DNA of 56,758 bases from contig JAAUYT010000021.1 in the NCBI GenBank assembly GCA_014804975.1, forward strand, positions 1 to 56,758, written 5' to 3'. The position numbers and the translations under genes were made by a program. A model generated the notes under the pieces. That model ran no database searches and was not told where the DNA came from. It saw only the letters and a list, made by a program, of their open reading frames with translations. Below, in pieces: positions 1 through 8,614 of the stretch (positions within the stretch are counted from its first letter, which is position 1; every line of letters starts with the position of its first letter). The stretch comes from Clostridia bacterium (GTDB lineage: Bacteria > Bacillota > Clostridia > Christensenellales > Borkfalkiaceae).

Positions 1-24
1 AAACGGCTTTCGAGCCGTTTTTTC
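1..24 (+). terminator. Rho-independent terminator of the upstream (off-window) gene
   Basis: Stem aaacggct / agccgttt with a ttcg loop, followed by a T-run. Confidence 0.6.
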
Positions 25-53
25 TTTACAAAGAAGGGGAATTTCATTATAAT
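25..53 (+). promoter_or_regulatory. Sigma-70-type promoter of der
   Basis: TTTACA (25-30), 17-nt spacer, TATAAT (48-53). The der ATG lies only 9 nt after the -10 and has no SD. Confidence 0.45.
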
Positions 54-62
54 AATACCGTT

Positions 63-1376
63 ATGAAAAATCCGTTGATTGCAATCGTAGGCAGACCCAA
101 CGTGGGGAAGAGCACCTTCTTCAACCGCGTGGCGGGGCAGCGAATTGCTATAACCGAAAACAGACCGGGCGTCACGCGCGATCGCATATACGCCTCTTCC
201 GAATGGAGGGGGAAGCCTTTCACGCTCGTCGATACGGGCGGGATCGAGCTGAAAAGCACAGACGATATGCGCCGTCAGATCGCGGTGCAGGCGCAGCTTG
301 CAATCGACACCGCGGACGAAATCTTCTTCTTTACGGACGGAAAAGAGGGGCTCACGCCCTCCGATTACGACGTGGCGGAAATTCTGCGCCGCTCTAAAAA
401 GCCCGTCTTTCTCGTCGTCAATAAAATCGACGAGTATTCCCCCGATAAGCTCTTCGAGTTCTATTCGCTTGGGCTCGGCGAGCCGTTTGCCGTCTCCTCG
501 GAGCATTCCCGCGGGATCGGTGATTTATTGGACGCGGCGGTCGAGAATTTCGAGCAGGGCGAAAAGGACGGGGACGATTCCTTAAAGATCGCAGTCGTTG
601 GCAAGCCCAACGCGGGCAAGAGCTCTATCGTCAATAAAATTTTAGGCGAGGAGCGCACGATCGTAGCGCCTATCGCGGGCACTACGCGCGACGCGATCGA
701 TACGCCCTTCACACGGAACGGAAAACAATATACCCTCATCGACACGGCGGGGATCCGCAGAAAGCGCTCCGTCGAGGACGACGTCGAATATTATTCGGTG
801 CTCCGCGCGCTCGAAGCGTTAAAGCGTGCGGACGTCGTCGTGCTCGTCGTCGACAGCACGGAGGGACTCACCGAACAGGACGTCCGCATTATCGGCATGG
901 CGCACGAAGAGGGGAAGCCCTCCGTGATCGCCATGAACAAGTGGGACGTGATCGAAAAGGATACTCATACCATAGAGAAGTTCGAAAGTAAACTAAAAGA
1001 AGATTTAAAGTTTATGGACTACTTTAAGTCGGTGTACGTTTCGGCAAAGACGGGGCAGAGGATCGATAAAATTCTCTCTCTTGCTCAGGAAGTGCACGAG
1101 AATGCGGGACGGCGTATTACGACGGGCGCGCTCAACGATCTCTTGTCCGACGCGATGCGCATTTCCGAACCGCCTTCCTATAACGGCAAGCGCATGAAGC
1201 TTTATTTTGCTTCGCAGGTTTCCGTGAATCCGCCGCTCTTCGTGCTCTCGGTCAACGACGAAAAGCTCATGCACTTTTCCTACGAACGATATCTTGAAAA
1301 CGTCCTGCGCGAGGCTTACGATTTTTCGGGCACGCCTATAAGAATCGTGACGCGCACGCGCAAGAAGGAGGACTGA
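63..1376 (+). CDS. der: Ribosome-associated GTPase Der/EngA
   Basis: Two tandem P-loop GTPase domains (GRPNVGKST...DTGG and GKPNAGKSS...DTAG...NKWD) plus a KH-like C-terminus. Confidence 0.95.
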   Translation: MKNPLIAIVGRPNVGKSTFFNRVAGQRIAITENRPGVTRDRIYASSEWRGKPFTLVDTGGIELKSTDDMRRQIAVQAQLAIDTADEIFFFTDGKEGLTPSDYDVAEILRRSKKPVFLVVNKIDEYSPDKLFEFYSLGLGEPFAVSSEHSRGIGDLLDAAVENFEQGEKDGDDSLKIAVVGKPNAGKSSIVNKILGEERTIVAPIAGTTRDAIDTPFTRNGKQYTLIDTAGIRRKRSVEDDVEYYSVLRALEALKRADVVVLVVDSTEGLTEQDVRIIGMAHEEGKPSVIAMNKWDVIEKDTHTIEKFESKLKEDLKFMDYFKSVYVSAKTGQRIDKILSLAQEVHENAGRRITTGALNDLLSDAMRISEPPSYNGKRMKLYFASQVSVNPPLFVLSVNDEKLMHFSYERYLENVLREAYDFSGTPIRIVTRTRKKED

Positions 1377-1377
1377 C

Positions 1378-2121
1378 GTGAAAGAAATTGCTCTTGCAGA
1401 TTGCTGGTATTGGTTTTTGTTGGCGGCTGTCGTCAGCTATTTTTTGGGCTGTATCAATTTCGCGGTCATTATCTCCAAAGCGCGGCACAGAGACGTGCGC
1501 AAGATCGGCAGCGGGAATCCGGGCAGTATGAACATGAGCCGTGAGTTCGGCTTGAAGGTAGGGCTTCTGAATTTCCTGTTCGACTGTCTGAAAGGGGGAA
1601 TCGCAGTTATAGCCGTTTACTATATTTTCGAAGGTTATAGGTTTGAGGGAACGAAAATTTTGGTTTCGGATATGGCGCGCTACGTTGCGGGCTTGTTTGC
1701 GGTGATCGGACACATCTATCCCGTGTTCTTGAAGTTCAAGGGCGGCAAGGGGATCGCCACTACCTACGGCGTGTTCTGGTTTGGGATCGGCTGCGAAGAC
1801 CCGTGGTATTTTATGTTCGTGCTTGTGGCGTTCATTCTCGTGCTTCTCTTTATCTTAATTACCGAGATGGGCTCTATGGGCTCTCTTTTGGGCGTTACGG
1901 CGTTTTCGATCTGGCAGGGGTCGATCTTCTACGATCGTTACGTGGGCGTGATGAAGATCAGCATGGGCTACGTCGCCGTGCTCTTTACGTTACTGCTTCT
2001 TCTTAATTTCCTGACTTGGTTCCGCCACCGAGAAAATCTGATCCGCCTCTTTGCGGGTGAAGAACACCGCACTTCCGTCAAAAAGTTGCACGGCGGGAAG
2101 CGCGGTATGGACAATATGTAG
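1378..2121 (+). CDS. plsY: Acyl-phosphate:glycerol-3-phosphate acyltransferase PlsY
   Basis: GTG start 1 nt after the der stop, with AGGAGG upstream. Polytopic protein with GSGNPGSMN and KGGKGIAT motifs. der-plsY synteny. Confidence 0.9.
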   Translation: MKEIALADCWYWFLLAAVVSYFLGCINFAVIISKARHRDVRKIGSGNPGSMNMSREFGLKVGLLNFLFDCLKGGIAVIAVYYIFEGYRFEGTKILVSDMARYVAGLFAVIGHIYPVFLKFKGGKGIATTYGVFWFGIGCEDPWYFMFVLVAFILVLLFILITEMGSMGSLLGVTAFSIWQGSIFYDRYVGVMKISMGYVAVLFTLLLLLNFLTWFRHRENLIRLFAGEEHRTSVKKLHGGKRGMDNM

Positions 2122-2293
2122 CTCCGCTTCCTCTGAACTTCGCATTTCATTGTCGCGCTACGGCAACCCTTAGTCATTTACGCCTTAGTAAACTCCTTCG
2201 GGTTTTCCTCGCGCTCCGCGAACTGCTCGTTCATAGAAAGCGGTATGACAATACTTTAAAACGTAATATCTATTGATACAAAGGAGCAAGTGT

Positions 2294-3466
2294 ATGAATT
2301 ACAGAGAAGAATCTTTAAAGAAACACGCCGAGTGGCGCGGAAAAATCGAAATCGTTCCCCGCGTAGAGGTGGACAGCCGCGAAAAGCTCTCCCTTGCCTA
2401 CACGCCCGGTGTTGCGGAACCCTGCATGGCGATCCACGACGACCCCGAAAAGAGCTTTACGCTCACGCGGCGTTGGAATACCGTGCCCGTCATTACGGAC
2501 GGTACGGCGGTTTTGGGGCTCGGCGATATCGGACCCGAAGCGGGTATGCCCGTCATGGAAGGGAAGTGCGCGCTCTTTAAAGCGTTCGGCGACGTGGATG
2601 CGTACCCGTTGTGTATCCGTTCCAAGGACACCGAAGAAATCATCAGAAACATTGAGCTTTTGGCGGGCTCCTTCGGCGGAATCAACCTTGAAGATATTGC
2701 GGCGCCCCGTTGCTTCGAAATCGAAAGAAGACTCAAAGAGGACTTGGATATCCCCGTCTTCCACGACGACCAGCACGGCACTGCGATCGTCACGGCGGCG
2801 GCGCTTACCAATGCGTTGAAGCTCGTCGGCAAGAAGAGAGAGGATATCGTCGTCGCGCTCAACGGCGCGGGGGCGGCGGGCATTGCGATCGCCAACTTCC
2901 TCTTAAAGAGCGGCGTGAAGGACGTCATTCTCTGCGACAGCAAGGGAATCATCTGCGAGGGTGATTTGAAACTTAATCCCGTCAAAGCGGAGATCGCAAA
3001 GCGCACCAACCGCAATCACCTTACGGGCGGGCTCGAAAACGCCATGAAGGGTGCGGACGTGTTAGTAGGCGTATCCGTTGCAAACTGCGTTAGCGAAGAT
3101 ATGGTGCGCTCCATGAAGGACGGCGCGATCGTATTCACCTGCGCAAATCCCACGCCCGAAATCGCGCGGGACAAGGCAATCAAAGCGGGGGCGGCGGTCG
3201 TGGGTACAGGCTCTTCGGAGAACCCCAACCAAATCAACAACGTGCTCGTGTTCCCGGGGCTCTTCCGCGGCGCGCTCGACGCAAGGGCTACGACCGTGAA
3301 CTTCGAGATGATGTTTGCGGCAAGCGAGGCAATCGCCTCCTGCGTAAGCGCAAAGGAGCTTAACGCCGATTATATTCTGCCCTACGCATACGACAAGCGC
3401 GCGCACGAAGCGGTAGCGAAGGCGGTAGCCGAGGCGGCAAAGAAGACGGGCGTTATAAGAAAATAA
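2294..3466 (+). CDS. NAD(P)-dependent malic enzyme (short, MaeB N-terminal type)
   Basis: AAGGAG RBS 7 nt upstream of the ATG at 2294. Motifs YTPGVA, ITDGTAVLGLGDIG, GINLEDI, FHDDQHGTA, NGAGAAG. Confidence 0.9.
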   Translation: MNYREESLKKHAEWRGKIEIVPRVEVDSREKLSLAYTPGVAEPCMAIHDDPEKSFTLTRRWNTVPVITDGTAVLGLGDIGPEAGMPVMEGKCALFKAFGDVDAYPLCIRSKDTEEIIRNIELLAGSFGGINLEDIAAPRCFEIERRLKEDLDIPVFHDDQHGTAIVTAAALTNALKLVGKKREDIVVALNGAGAAGIAIANFLLKSGVKDVILCDSKGIICEGDLKLNPVKAEIAKRTNRNHLTGGLENAMKGADVLVGVSVANCVSEDMVRSMKDGAIVFTCANPTPEIARDKAIKAGAAVVGTGSSENPNQINNVLVFPGLFRGALDARATTVNFEMMFAASEAIASCVSAKELNADYILPYAYDKRAHEAVAKAVAEAAKKTGVIRK

Positions 3467-3494
3467 AAAATTTTTGAAAACCCATTTCAAACGA

Positions 3495-3523
3495 TTGACG
3501 AAAAAACGCATTTCGATTAAAAT
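3495..3523 (+). promoter_or_regulatory. Sigma-70-type promoter of prs
   Basis: TTGACG, 17-nt spacer, TAAAAT. Confidence 0.45.
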
Positions 3524-3564
3524 AAAAAAGTACCTAAGAATAATTTTTCGAGGAAAATCGGATC

Positions 3565-4512
3565 ATGATTACACACGGTAGCGAAATTAAACTGTTTGCA
3601 GGAAGCTCCAATCGTCCCCTTGCCGAAGCGATTGCAAAAAAGCTGAACACCACGCTCGGCGAAGTGGAGACGGGAAAGTTCTCCGACGGAGAAACAAGCA
3701 TTCACCTTGCTGAAACGGTGCGCGGAAGAGATTTGTTCATTATTCAGTCTACTTCGAGCCCCGTCAACGACAACCTGATGGAATTGCTCATCATGATCGA
3801 CGCGGCAAAGCGCGCGTCGGCAGGGCGCATTACGGCGGTCATTCCCTATTTCGGATACGCCCGTCAGGACAGAAAGGCGCGTTCGCGCGATCCCATTACC
3901 GCAAAGCTCGTTGCCGATCTTTTGACCGCTGCGGGTGCAGACCGCGTTCTTACGATGGACTTGCACGCGGCGCAGATCCAAGGCTTCTTTAATATCCCGC
4001 TCGATAACCTGTTGGGCGGACCTACGCTCTACAATTACTTTTCAAATAAAATGGACGATTCCTATATGGTCGTCTCTCCCGATATCGGCAGCGTGAACCG
4101 CGCAAGAAAGGTTGCGGAACGCCTCAACTGCCAAATGGCGATCATCGACAAGCGCCGTCCCAAGGCGAACGTGATGGAAGTCATGAATATCATCGGTAAC
4201 GTAGAGGGCAAGAAGTGCCTTCTCGTGGACGACATGATCGACACCGCAGGAACGATCGTACAGGGCGCGCAGGCGCTCGTCGATAAGGGCGCGACCGAAA
4301 TTTACGCTTGCTGTACGCACGCCGTGCTTTCGGGCCCCGCAATCGAACGCCTTGAAAAATCGCCCATTAAAGAGCTCGTCATGCTCGATACCATTCACCT
4401 TCCCGATGAAAAGCTGTTGCCGAAGATGAAGATACTCACGACGGCGGATATCTTTGCGGCGGCAATCGAGAACGTGTACCTTGATAAACCGATGAGCAAG
4501 ATTTACGACTGA
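3565..4512 (+). CDS. prs: Ribose-phosphate pyrophosphokinase
   Basis: Motifs [28 protein letters not shown]. 315 aa. Confidence 0.95.
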   Translation: MITHGSEIKLFAGSSNRPLAEAIAKKLNTTLGEVETGKFSDGETSIHLAETVRGRDLFIIQSTSSPVNDNLMELLIMIDAAKRASAGRITAVIPYFGYARQDRKARSRDPITAKLVADLLTAAGADRVLTMDLHAAQIQGFFNIPLDNLLGGPTLYNYFSNKMDDSYMVVSPDIGSVNRARKVAERLNCQMAIIDKRRPKANVMEVMNIIGNVEGKKCLLVDDMIDTAGTIVQGAQALVDKGATEIYACCTHAVLSGPAIERLEKSPIKELVMLDTIHLPDEKLLPKMKILTTADIFAAAIENVYLDKPMSKIYD

Positions 4513-4524
4513 TTTTGATACGTT

Positions 4525-4554
4525 AAGCCGCCGCTTATGCGGCGGCTTTTATTT
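4525..4554 (+). terminator. Rho-independent terminator after prs
   Basis: aagccgccgc / gcggcggctt stem, ttat loop, T-rich tail. Confidence 0.7.
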
Positions 4555-4566
4555 ACGGAGTATAAT

Positions 4567-5130
4567 ATGTATTTAATCGTAGGACTCGGAAATCCCGAAG
4601 TAAAGTACGAAAAGACCTTTCATAACGTGGGCTTTTTAGCGGCGGGGGACTGCGCCGAGCTTTTGGGCGTAAAGTTCAAAAAAAAGGAATGCGAGGCTTC
4701 CGTTGCCGAAGCGTTCGTAAAGGGCGAAAAAGTACTTGTTGCCCGCCCTGTCACCTATATGAACGCTTCGGGAAGGGCTGTCAAACAGCTCATGAATAAG
4801 TATAAACTCACAAAGGACGAGCTCGTCGTCATCTACGATGACTACGATCTTCCAAAGGGTCACGTTCGTATCCGCCCCGCGGGGAGCGCGGGCACGCACA
4901 ACGGAATGCGTTCGATTATCGCCGAGCTCGGCTTTTCGGACTTTGCAAGGATCCGCATCGGGATCCGCGACGAGGCGCGGGATATTCCGCTTATCAACTA
5001 CGTTCTTTCGGACATTCTCAAAGAGGACTACGAATTGTTTGCAAGCGCGACGAAGCGCGCCGCCGAAGCCGCAATTTTACTTGCAGGCGGCGAAAGAATC
5101 GATAACGTAATGGGAAAGTATAACGGATGA
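4567..5130 (+). CDS. pth: Peptidyl-tRNA hydrolase
   Basis: N-terminus MYLIVGLGNPEVKYEKTFHNVGF, GTHNGMRS motif, GGAG RBS. The annotated ORF start at 4537 lies inside the prs terminator, so the internal ATG at 4567 is preferred. Confidence 0.93.
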   Translation: MYLIVGLGNPEVKYEKTFHNVGFLAAGDCAELLGVKFKKKECEASVAEAFVKGEKVLVARPVTYMNASGRAVKQLMNKYKLTKDELVVIYDDYDLPKGHVRIRPAGSAGTHNGMRSIIAELGFSDFARIRIGIRDEARDIPLINYVLSDILKEDYELFASATKRAAEAAILLAGGERIDNVMGKYNG

Positions 5131-8100
5131 GCTTTTTCGATTTTAACAACACAATCGAATTTTCATTGCTCGGGCGCGACCTAAATAGCGGCGCGCCCGC
5201 GTCTTGCTACGGGCTCTCCGACCCCATGAAGTATTTAATTGCTTCCATGATTGAAGGGAGGGCGGTGTATATCACGGCGGACGCACTCTCTGCACAGCGA
5301 GCTGCGGAATCGATCGCCGCGCTCTCGAATAAAAGGGTAGCCCTTCTTCCCGCCAAGGACGAAGTGCTCTTCTACCGCAAGGCGCTTTCTAAGGACGCCT
5401 TCAATAAGCGGCTCTTTGCGCTCTTCGAATGGCAGACGGGTGCAGATATCCTCGTCGGCGATATCGAGGCGTTTATGGGGCTCGTGCCCGCCCGCCTTCC
5501 CGTATTCGCCCTGCGCACGGGGCAGAATCGGGATATGCGCAAATTTGCAGAAGAGCTCGTCCGTGCGGGCTACGCGCGGGAATACGCAGTGGAGAGCAAG
5601 GGCGTGTTCGCGCTCCGCGGCGACATTCTCGATATCTATCCCGTCAATTCAGAGCACCCCGTCCGCATCGATTTCTTCGGCGACGAGATCGAGAGCATTA
5701 AGCCCTACGATGAAATCACGGGCGAACGGCTCCCCGTCGTGAACCAAATTACGATCGCTTCGGCAACGGACGTCGTGCTCGAAGAGGGGGAGGAAGCGGA
5801 GCTTATTGCAAAGTTTCAAAAGGAGCTTGCTTCTGCTCCCAATTCCGAGGCAAGGCGCAGGCTCGAAAATATTTTCGAAGAAATCAAATCGGACGGTTTC
5901 CGTTCGGAATTTATCATGCCGCTTCTCAAAAATTCGGCGTGCTTTTTTGATATTATCGGGCGGGACGTGCAGCTCTTATTCGACGAAACCAAGCAGATTT
6001 TTGACAGAATGGAGGGATTCTATAAGGAGCACGCGGAGCGGTTTTTAACGCTCAAAGAGGGGGGCGAAGTCGCTTCTTTTTCGCAGTTTCAGTTCGTTCC
6101 GCAAAACACGCTGTCCGATTTCAACGGAAGAAGGGCGGTGTCCCTTTCGGCGTTCACGGGCAAGACCTACTTCTTCGACCCCTTAAAGACGCACCGTTTT
6201 ACCGCCGTGCCCGTCCGCCGCTATATCAACAGCTTTTCCGATTTGTATAACGACCTTTCCGCGTGGAAAAAGACGGGCTACCGAATCGTCCTCTGCTGCG
6301 GAAACACGGAGCGGGCGCAAAAGCTTAGCGACGCGCTTGACGAAAACGGCTTCACTCCCGTCACGCTTCCTTCCTCCCTTTTGAATTTCAAGGGGATCGC
6401 GGTGACGGACAGCCCGCTCTCGCACGGCTTTATCCTGCACGAGAGCAAGGTCGCGGTTTTGGGCGCGGACGATTTGTTTTTAAAGGCGCCCAAGGAGCGG
6501 CGCATTAAAAAGCGCAGAGGGGACTTGTTCGTTGCACCCGAAGTGGGTGATTACGCCGTACACGAAACGCACGGGATCGGCAGGATCGTCGGCACGAAAA
6601 AAATCGAAACGACGGACGGGGTCAAGGAATATATCGCGCTCGAATACAAGGGCGGCGACACGCTCTACGTGCCCGTGGAGCAGATGGACGCGCTCAGCAA
6701 GTATATGGGTGAAGATAATCCGACCCTTTCCAAGATCGGGGGCGGAGAGTTCGAACGGGTGAAGGCGCGCGTCCGCGCTTCGCTCAAAAAGATGGCGTTC
6801 GATTTAAAGCAGCTCTATCAGGAACGCACGGAGCGGCACGGATTCGTCTTTCCCGAATACCGCGAGGAGATGGAAGAATTCGCGGCGGCGTTCCCCTACG
6901 AAGAGACCGCCGATCAGCTCGTATCCCTCGAAGAGATCGAAAAAGATATGTGTTCGGATAAGGTGATGGACAGGCTCCTCTGCGGGGACGTGGGCTTCGG
7001 CAAGACGGAGGTCGCGCTCCGTGCCGCTTACCGCTGTATTCTGGCGGGCAAGCAGGCGGCGCTCATGTGTCCCTCGACCGTCCTTTCCGAACAGCACTTC
7101 CGCACGGCGACGGAGCGCATGAGGGACTTCGGCGTGCGGGTGGAGGCAATCAACCGCTTCCGCTCCGACAAGGTGCAAAAGGAAATTCTTTCCGCACTCG
7201 AACGCGGGGAAATCGATCTTATCATCGGCACGCACAGACTGCTGTCTTCCGATATCAAATTCAAAGATTTGGGGCTTCTCTTACTCGACGAGGAACAGCG
7301 GTTCGGCGTGGAGCATAAGGAAAAGATCAAGAACATGAAGCGGGATATCGACTGCCTCACGATGACGGCGACGCCCATTCCGCGCACCCTGCATTTGTCC
7401 CTTTCGGGCATACGCGATATCTCAACCATTCAAACGCCGCCGCGCGCCCGCCTGCCCGTGCAGACCTACGTTGCGGAGGAGACGGAGTCCCTTTTAAGGG
7501 ACGCGGTTTTAAGAGAGGTTTCAAGAGGGGGACAGGTATTCGTTCTGTATAACCGCGTGGAGAGCATCTTCACCTTTGCTAAAAGATTGCAGGAGATCGT
7601 ACCCGAAGCGCGCGTCACCGTTGCGCACGGAAGAATGGATAAGGCGACGCTTGAAAATTCGGTGTTCGGCTTCTACCGCGGCGAGAGCGATATTCTGGTG
7701 ACGACGACCATCATCGAAAACGGAATCGACCTTCCCAACGCGAACACGATCATCGTGATCGATTCCGACCGTTTAGGCATTTCACAGCTCTATCAGCTCC
7801 GCGGAAGAGTTGGGCGGGGCGCAAGGCTTGCGCACGCGTACTTTACTTATAAGCCCGAACGGGTGATGACGGAGAACGCCTCCGAACGCTTAAAAGCCAT
7901 TATGCAGTTTACCGAGCTCGGTTCGGGCTTCAAGATCGCTATGCGCGATTTGGAGATTCGCGGCGCGGGGAGCGTGTTGGGCGCGGAACAGCACGGGCAC
8001 ATGGATAAAGTGGGCTACGAGCTCTATTCCAAAATTCTCAAAGAGGAGATCACGGGAGAGGCGGAGACGAGCGTCGATCTGGATATCAAGGCGACGGCGT

Positions 8101-8513
8101 TCATTCCCGAAAGCTATATCGAGTCGGCGGCGGGGCGCATGGATACCTATAAACAGATTGCCGAAATCAAGAGCGCGGCGGACTACAAGCGCGTGTGCAC
8201 TTCCCTCGAAGAGACCTACGGCACTCTTCCGCAGGAGACGGTCAATTTGCTCGTGATCGCCGTTTTAAAGAGCTACGCGGCAAAATTCCACGTCAAAAAA
8301 ATCTTTGTGGGGGCAAAGGGCGGGGCGCTCGAATTCACTTCGTTAAAGACGCTCGGCGATAACCGGATCTCCGCCGCGATCGATAAATACGCCCGTGATT
8401 TGAGCTTCGACATGACGAGCGCGCCCGTTTTAAGGTTCCGCTCTATGGGCGACGGCGGAAAAACCATGATTTTTATGACGAAATTTTTGAAATTTGCGGC
8501 ATCTTTTACTTGA
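5127..8513 (+). CDS. mfd: Transcription-repair coupling factor
   Basis: 1128 aa. HETHGIGR (CarD/TRCF RNAP-interaction domain); SF2 helicase motifs GDVGFGKTEVA, DEEQRFG, TATPIPRT. ATGA overlap with the pth stop. Confidence 0.95.
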   Translation: MSFFDFNNTIEFSLLGRDLNSGAPASCYGLSDPMKYLIASMIEGRAVYITADALSAQRAAESIAALSNKRVALLPAKDEVLFYRKALSKDAFNKRLFALFEWQTGADILVGDIEAFMGLVPARLPVFALRTGQNRDMRKFAEELVRAGYAREYAVESKGVFALRGDILDIYPVNSEHPVRIDFFGDEIESIKPYDEITGERLPVVNQITIASATDVVLEEGEEAELIAKFQKELASAPNSEARRRLENIFEEIKSDGFRSEFIMPLLKNSACFFDIIGRDVQLLFDETKQIFDRMEGFYKEHAERFLTLKEGGEVASFSQFQFVPQNTLSDFNGRRAVSLSAFTGKTYFFDPLKTHRFTAVPVRRYINSFSDLYNDLSAWKKTGYRIVLCCGNTERAQKLSDALDENGFTPVTLPSSLLNFKGIAVTDSPLSHGFILHESKVAVLGADDLFLKAPKERRIKKRRGDLFVAPEVGDYAVHETHGIGRIVGTKKIETTDGVKEYIALEYKGGDTLYVPVEQMDALSKYMGEDNPTLSKIGGGEFERVKARVRASLKKMAFDLKQLYQERTERHGFVFPEYREEMEEFAAAFPYEETADQLVSLEEIEKDMCSDKVMDRLLCGDVGFGKTEVALRAAYRCILAGKQAALMCPSTVLSEQHFRTATERMRDFGVRVEAINRFRSDKVQKEILSALERGEIDLIIGTHRLLSSDIKFKDLGLLLLDEEQRFGVEHKEKIKNMKRDIDCLTMTATPIPRTLHLSLSGIRDISTIQTPPRARLPVQTYVAEETESLLRDAVLREVSRGGQVFVLYNRVESIFTFAKRLQEIVPEARVTVAHGRMDKATLENSVFGFYRGESDILVTTTIIENGIDLPNANTIIVIDSDRLGISQLYQLRGRVGRGARLAHAYFTYKPERVMTENASERLKAIMQFTELGSGFKIAMRDLEIRGAGSVLGAEQHGHMDKVGYELYSKILKEEITGEAETSVDLDIKATAFIPESYIESAAGRMDTYKQIAEIKSAADYKRVCTSLEETYGTLPQETVNLLVIAVLKSYAAKFHVKKIFVGAKGGALEFTSLKTLGDNRISAAIDKYARDLSFDMTSAPVLRFRSMGDGGKTMIFMTKFLKFAASFT

Positions 8514-8529
8514 TTTTCACGAAAATAAC

Positions 8530-8558
8530 TTGCGTGATTTCGTATTATGCGTTATAAT
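8530..8558 (+). promoter_or_regulatory. Sigma-70-type promoter upstream of the PrsA-like gene
   Basis: TTGCGT, 17-nt spacer, TATAAT. Confidence 0.4.
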
Positions 8559-8614
8559 AGATTAGTGAAATTGTGGGATACTGTCTTATTTCACGGAAAA
8601 GTTCGGAGTATATT

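Noticed and set aside
2122-2293. The 172-nt plsY / malic-enzyme spacer, considered as a gpsA remnant, a riboswitch or a small-protein gene (an 18-aa minus-strand ORF).
   Set aside because: It is too short for a gene remnant. I could find no convincing conserved stem architecture. The mini-ORF has no RBS.
4676-4685. A8 homopolymer inside pth, considered as a phase-variation tract.
   Set aside because: It encodes Lys-Lys-Lys in an essential housekeeping gene. The tract is short and nothing suggests slippage.
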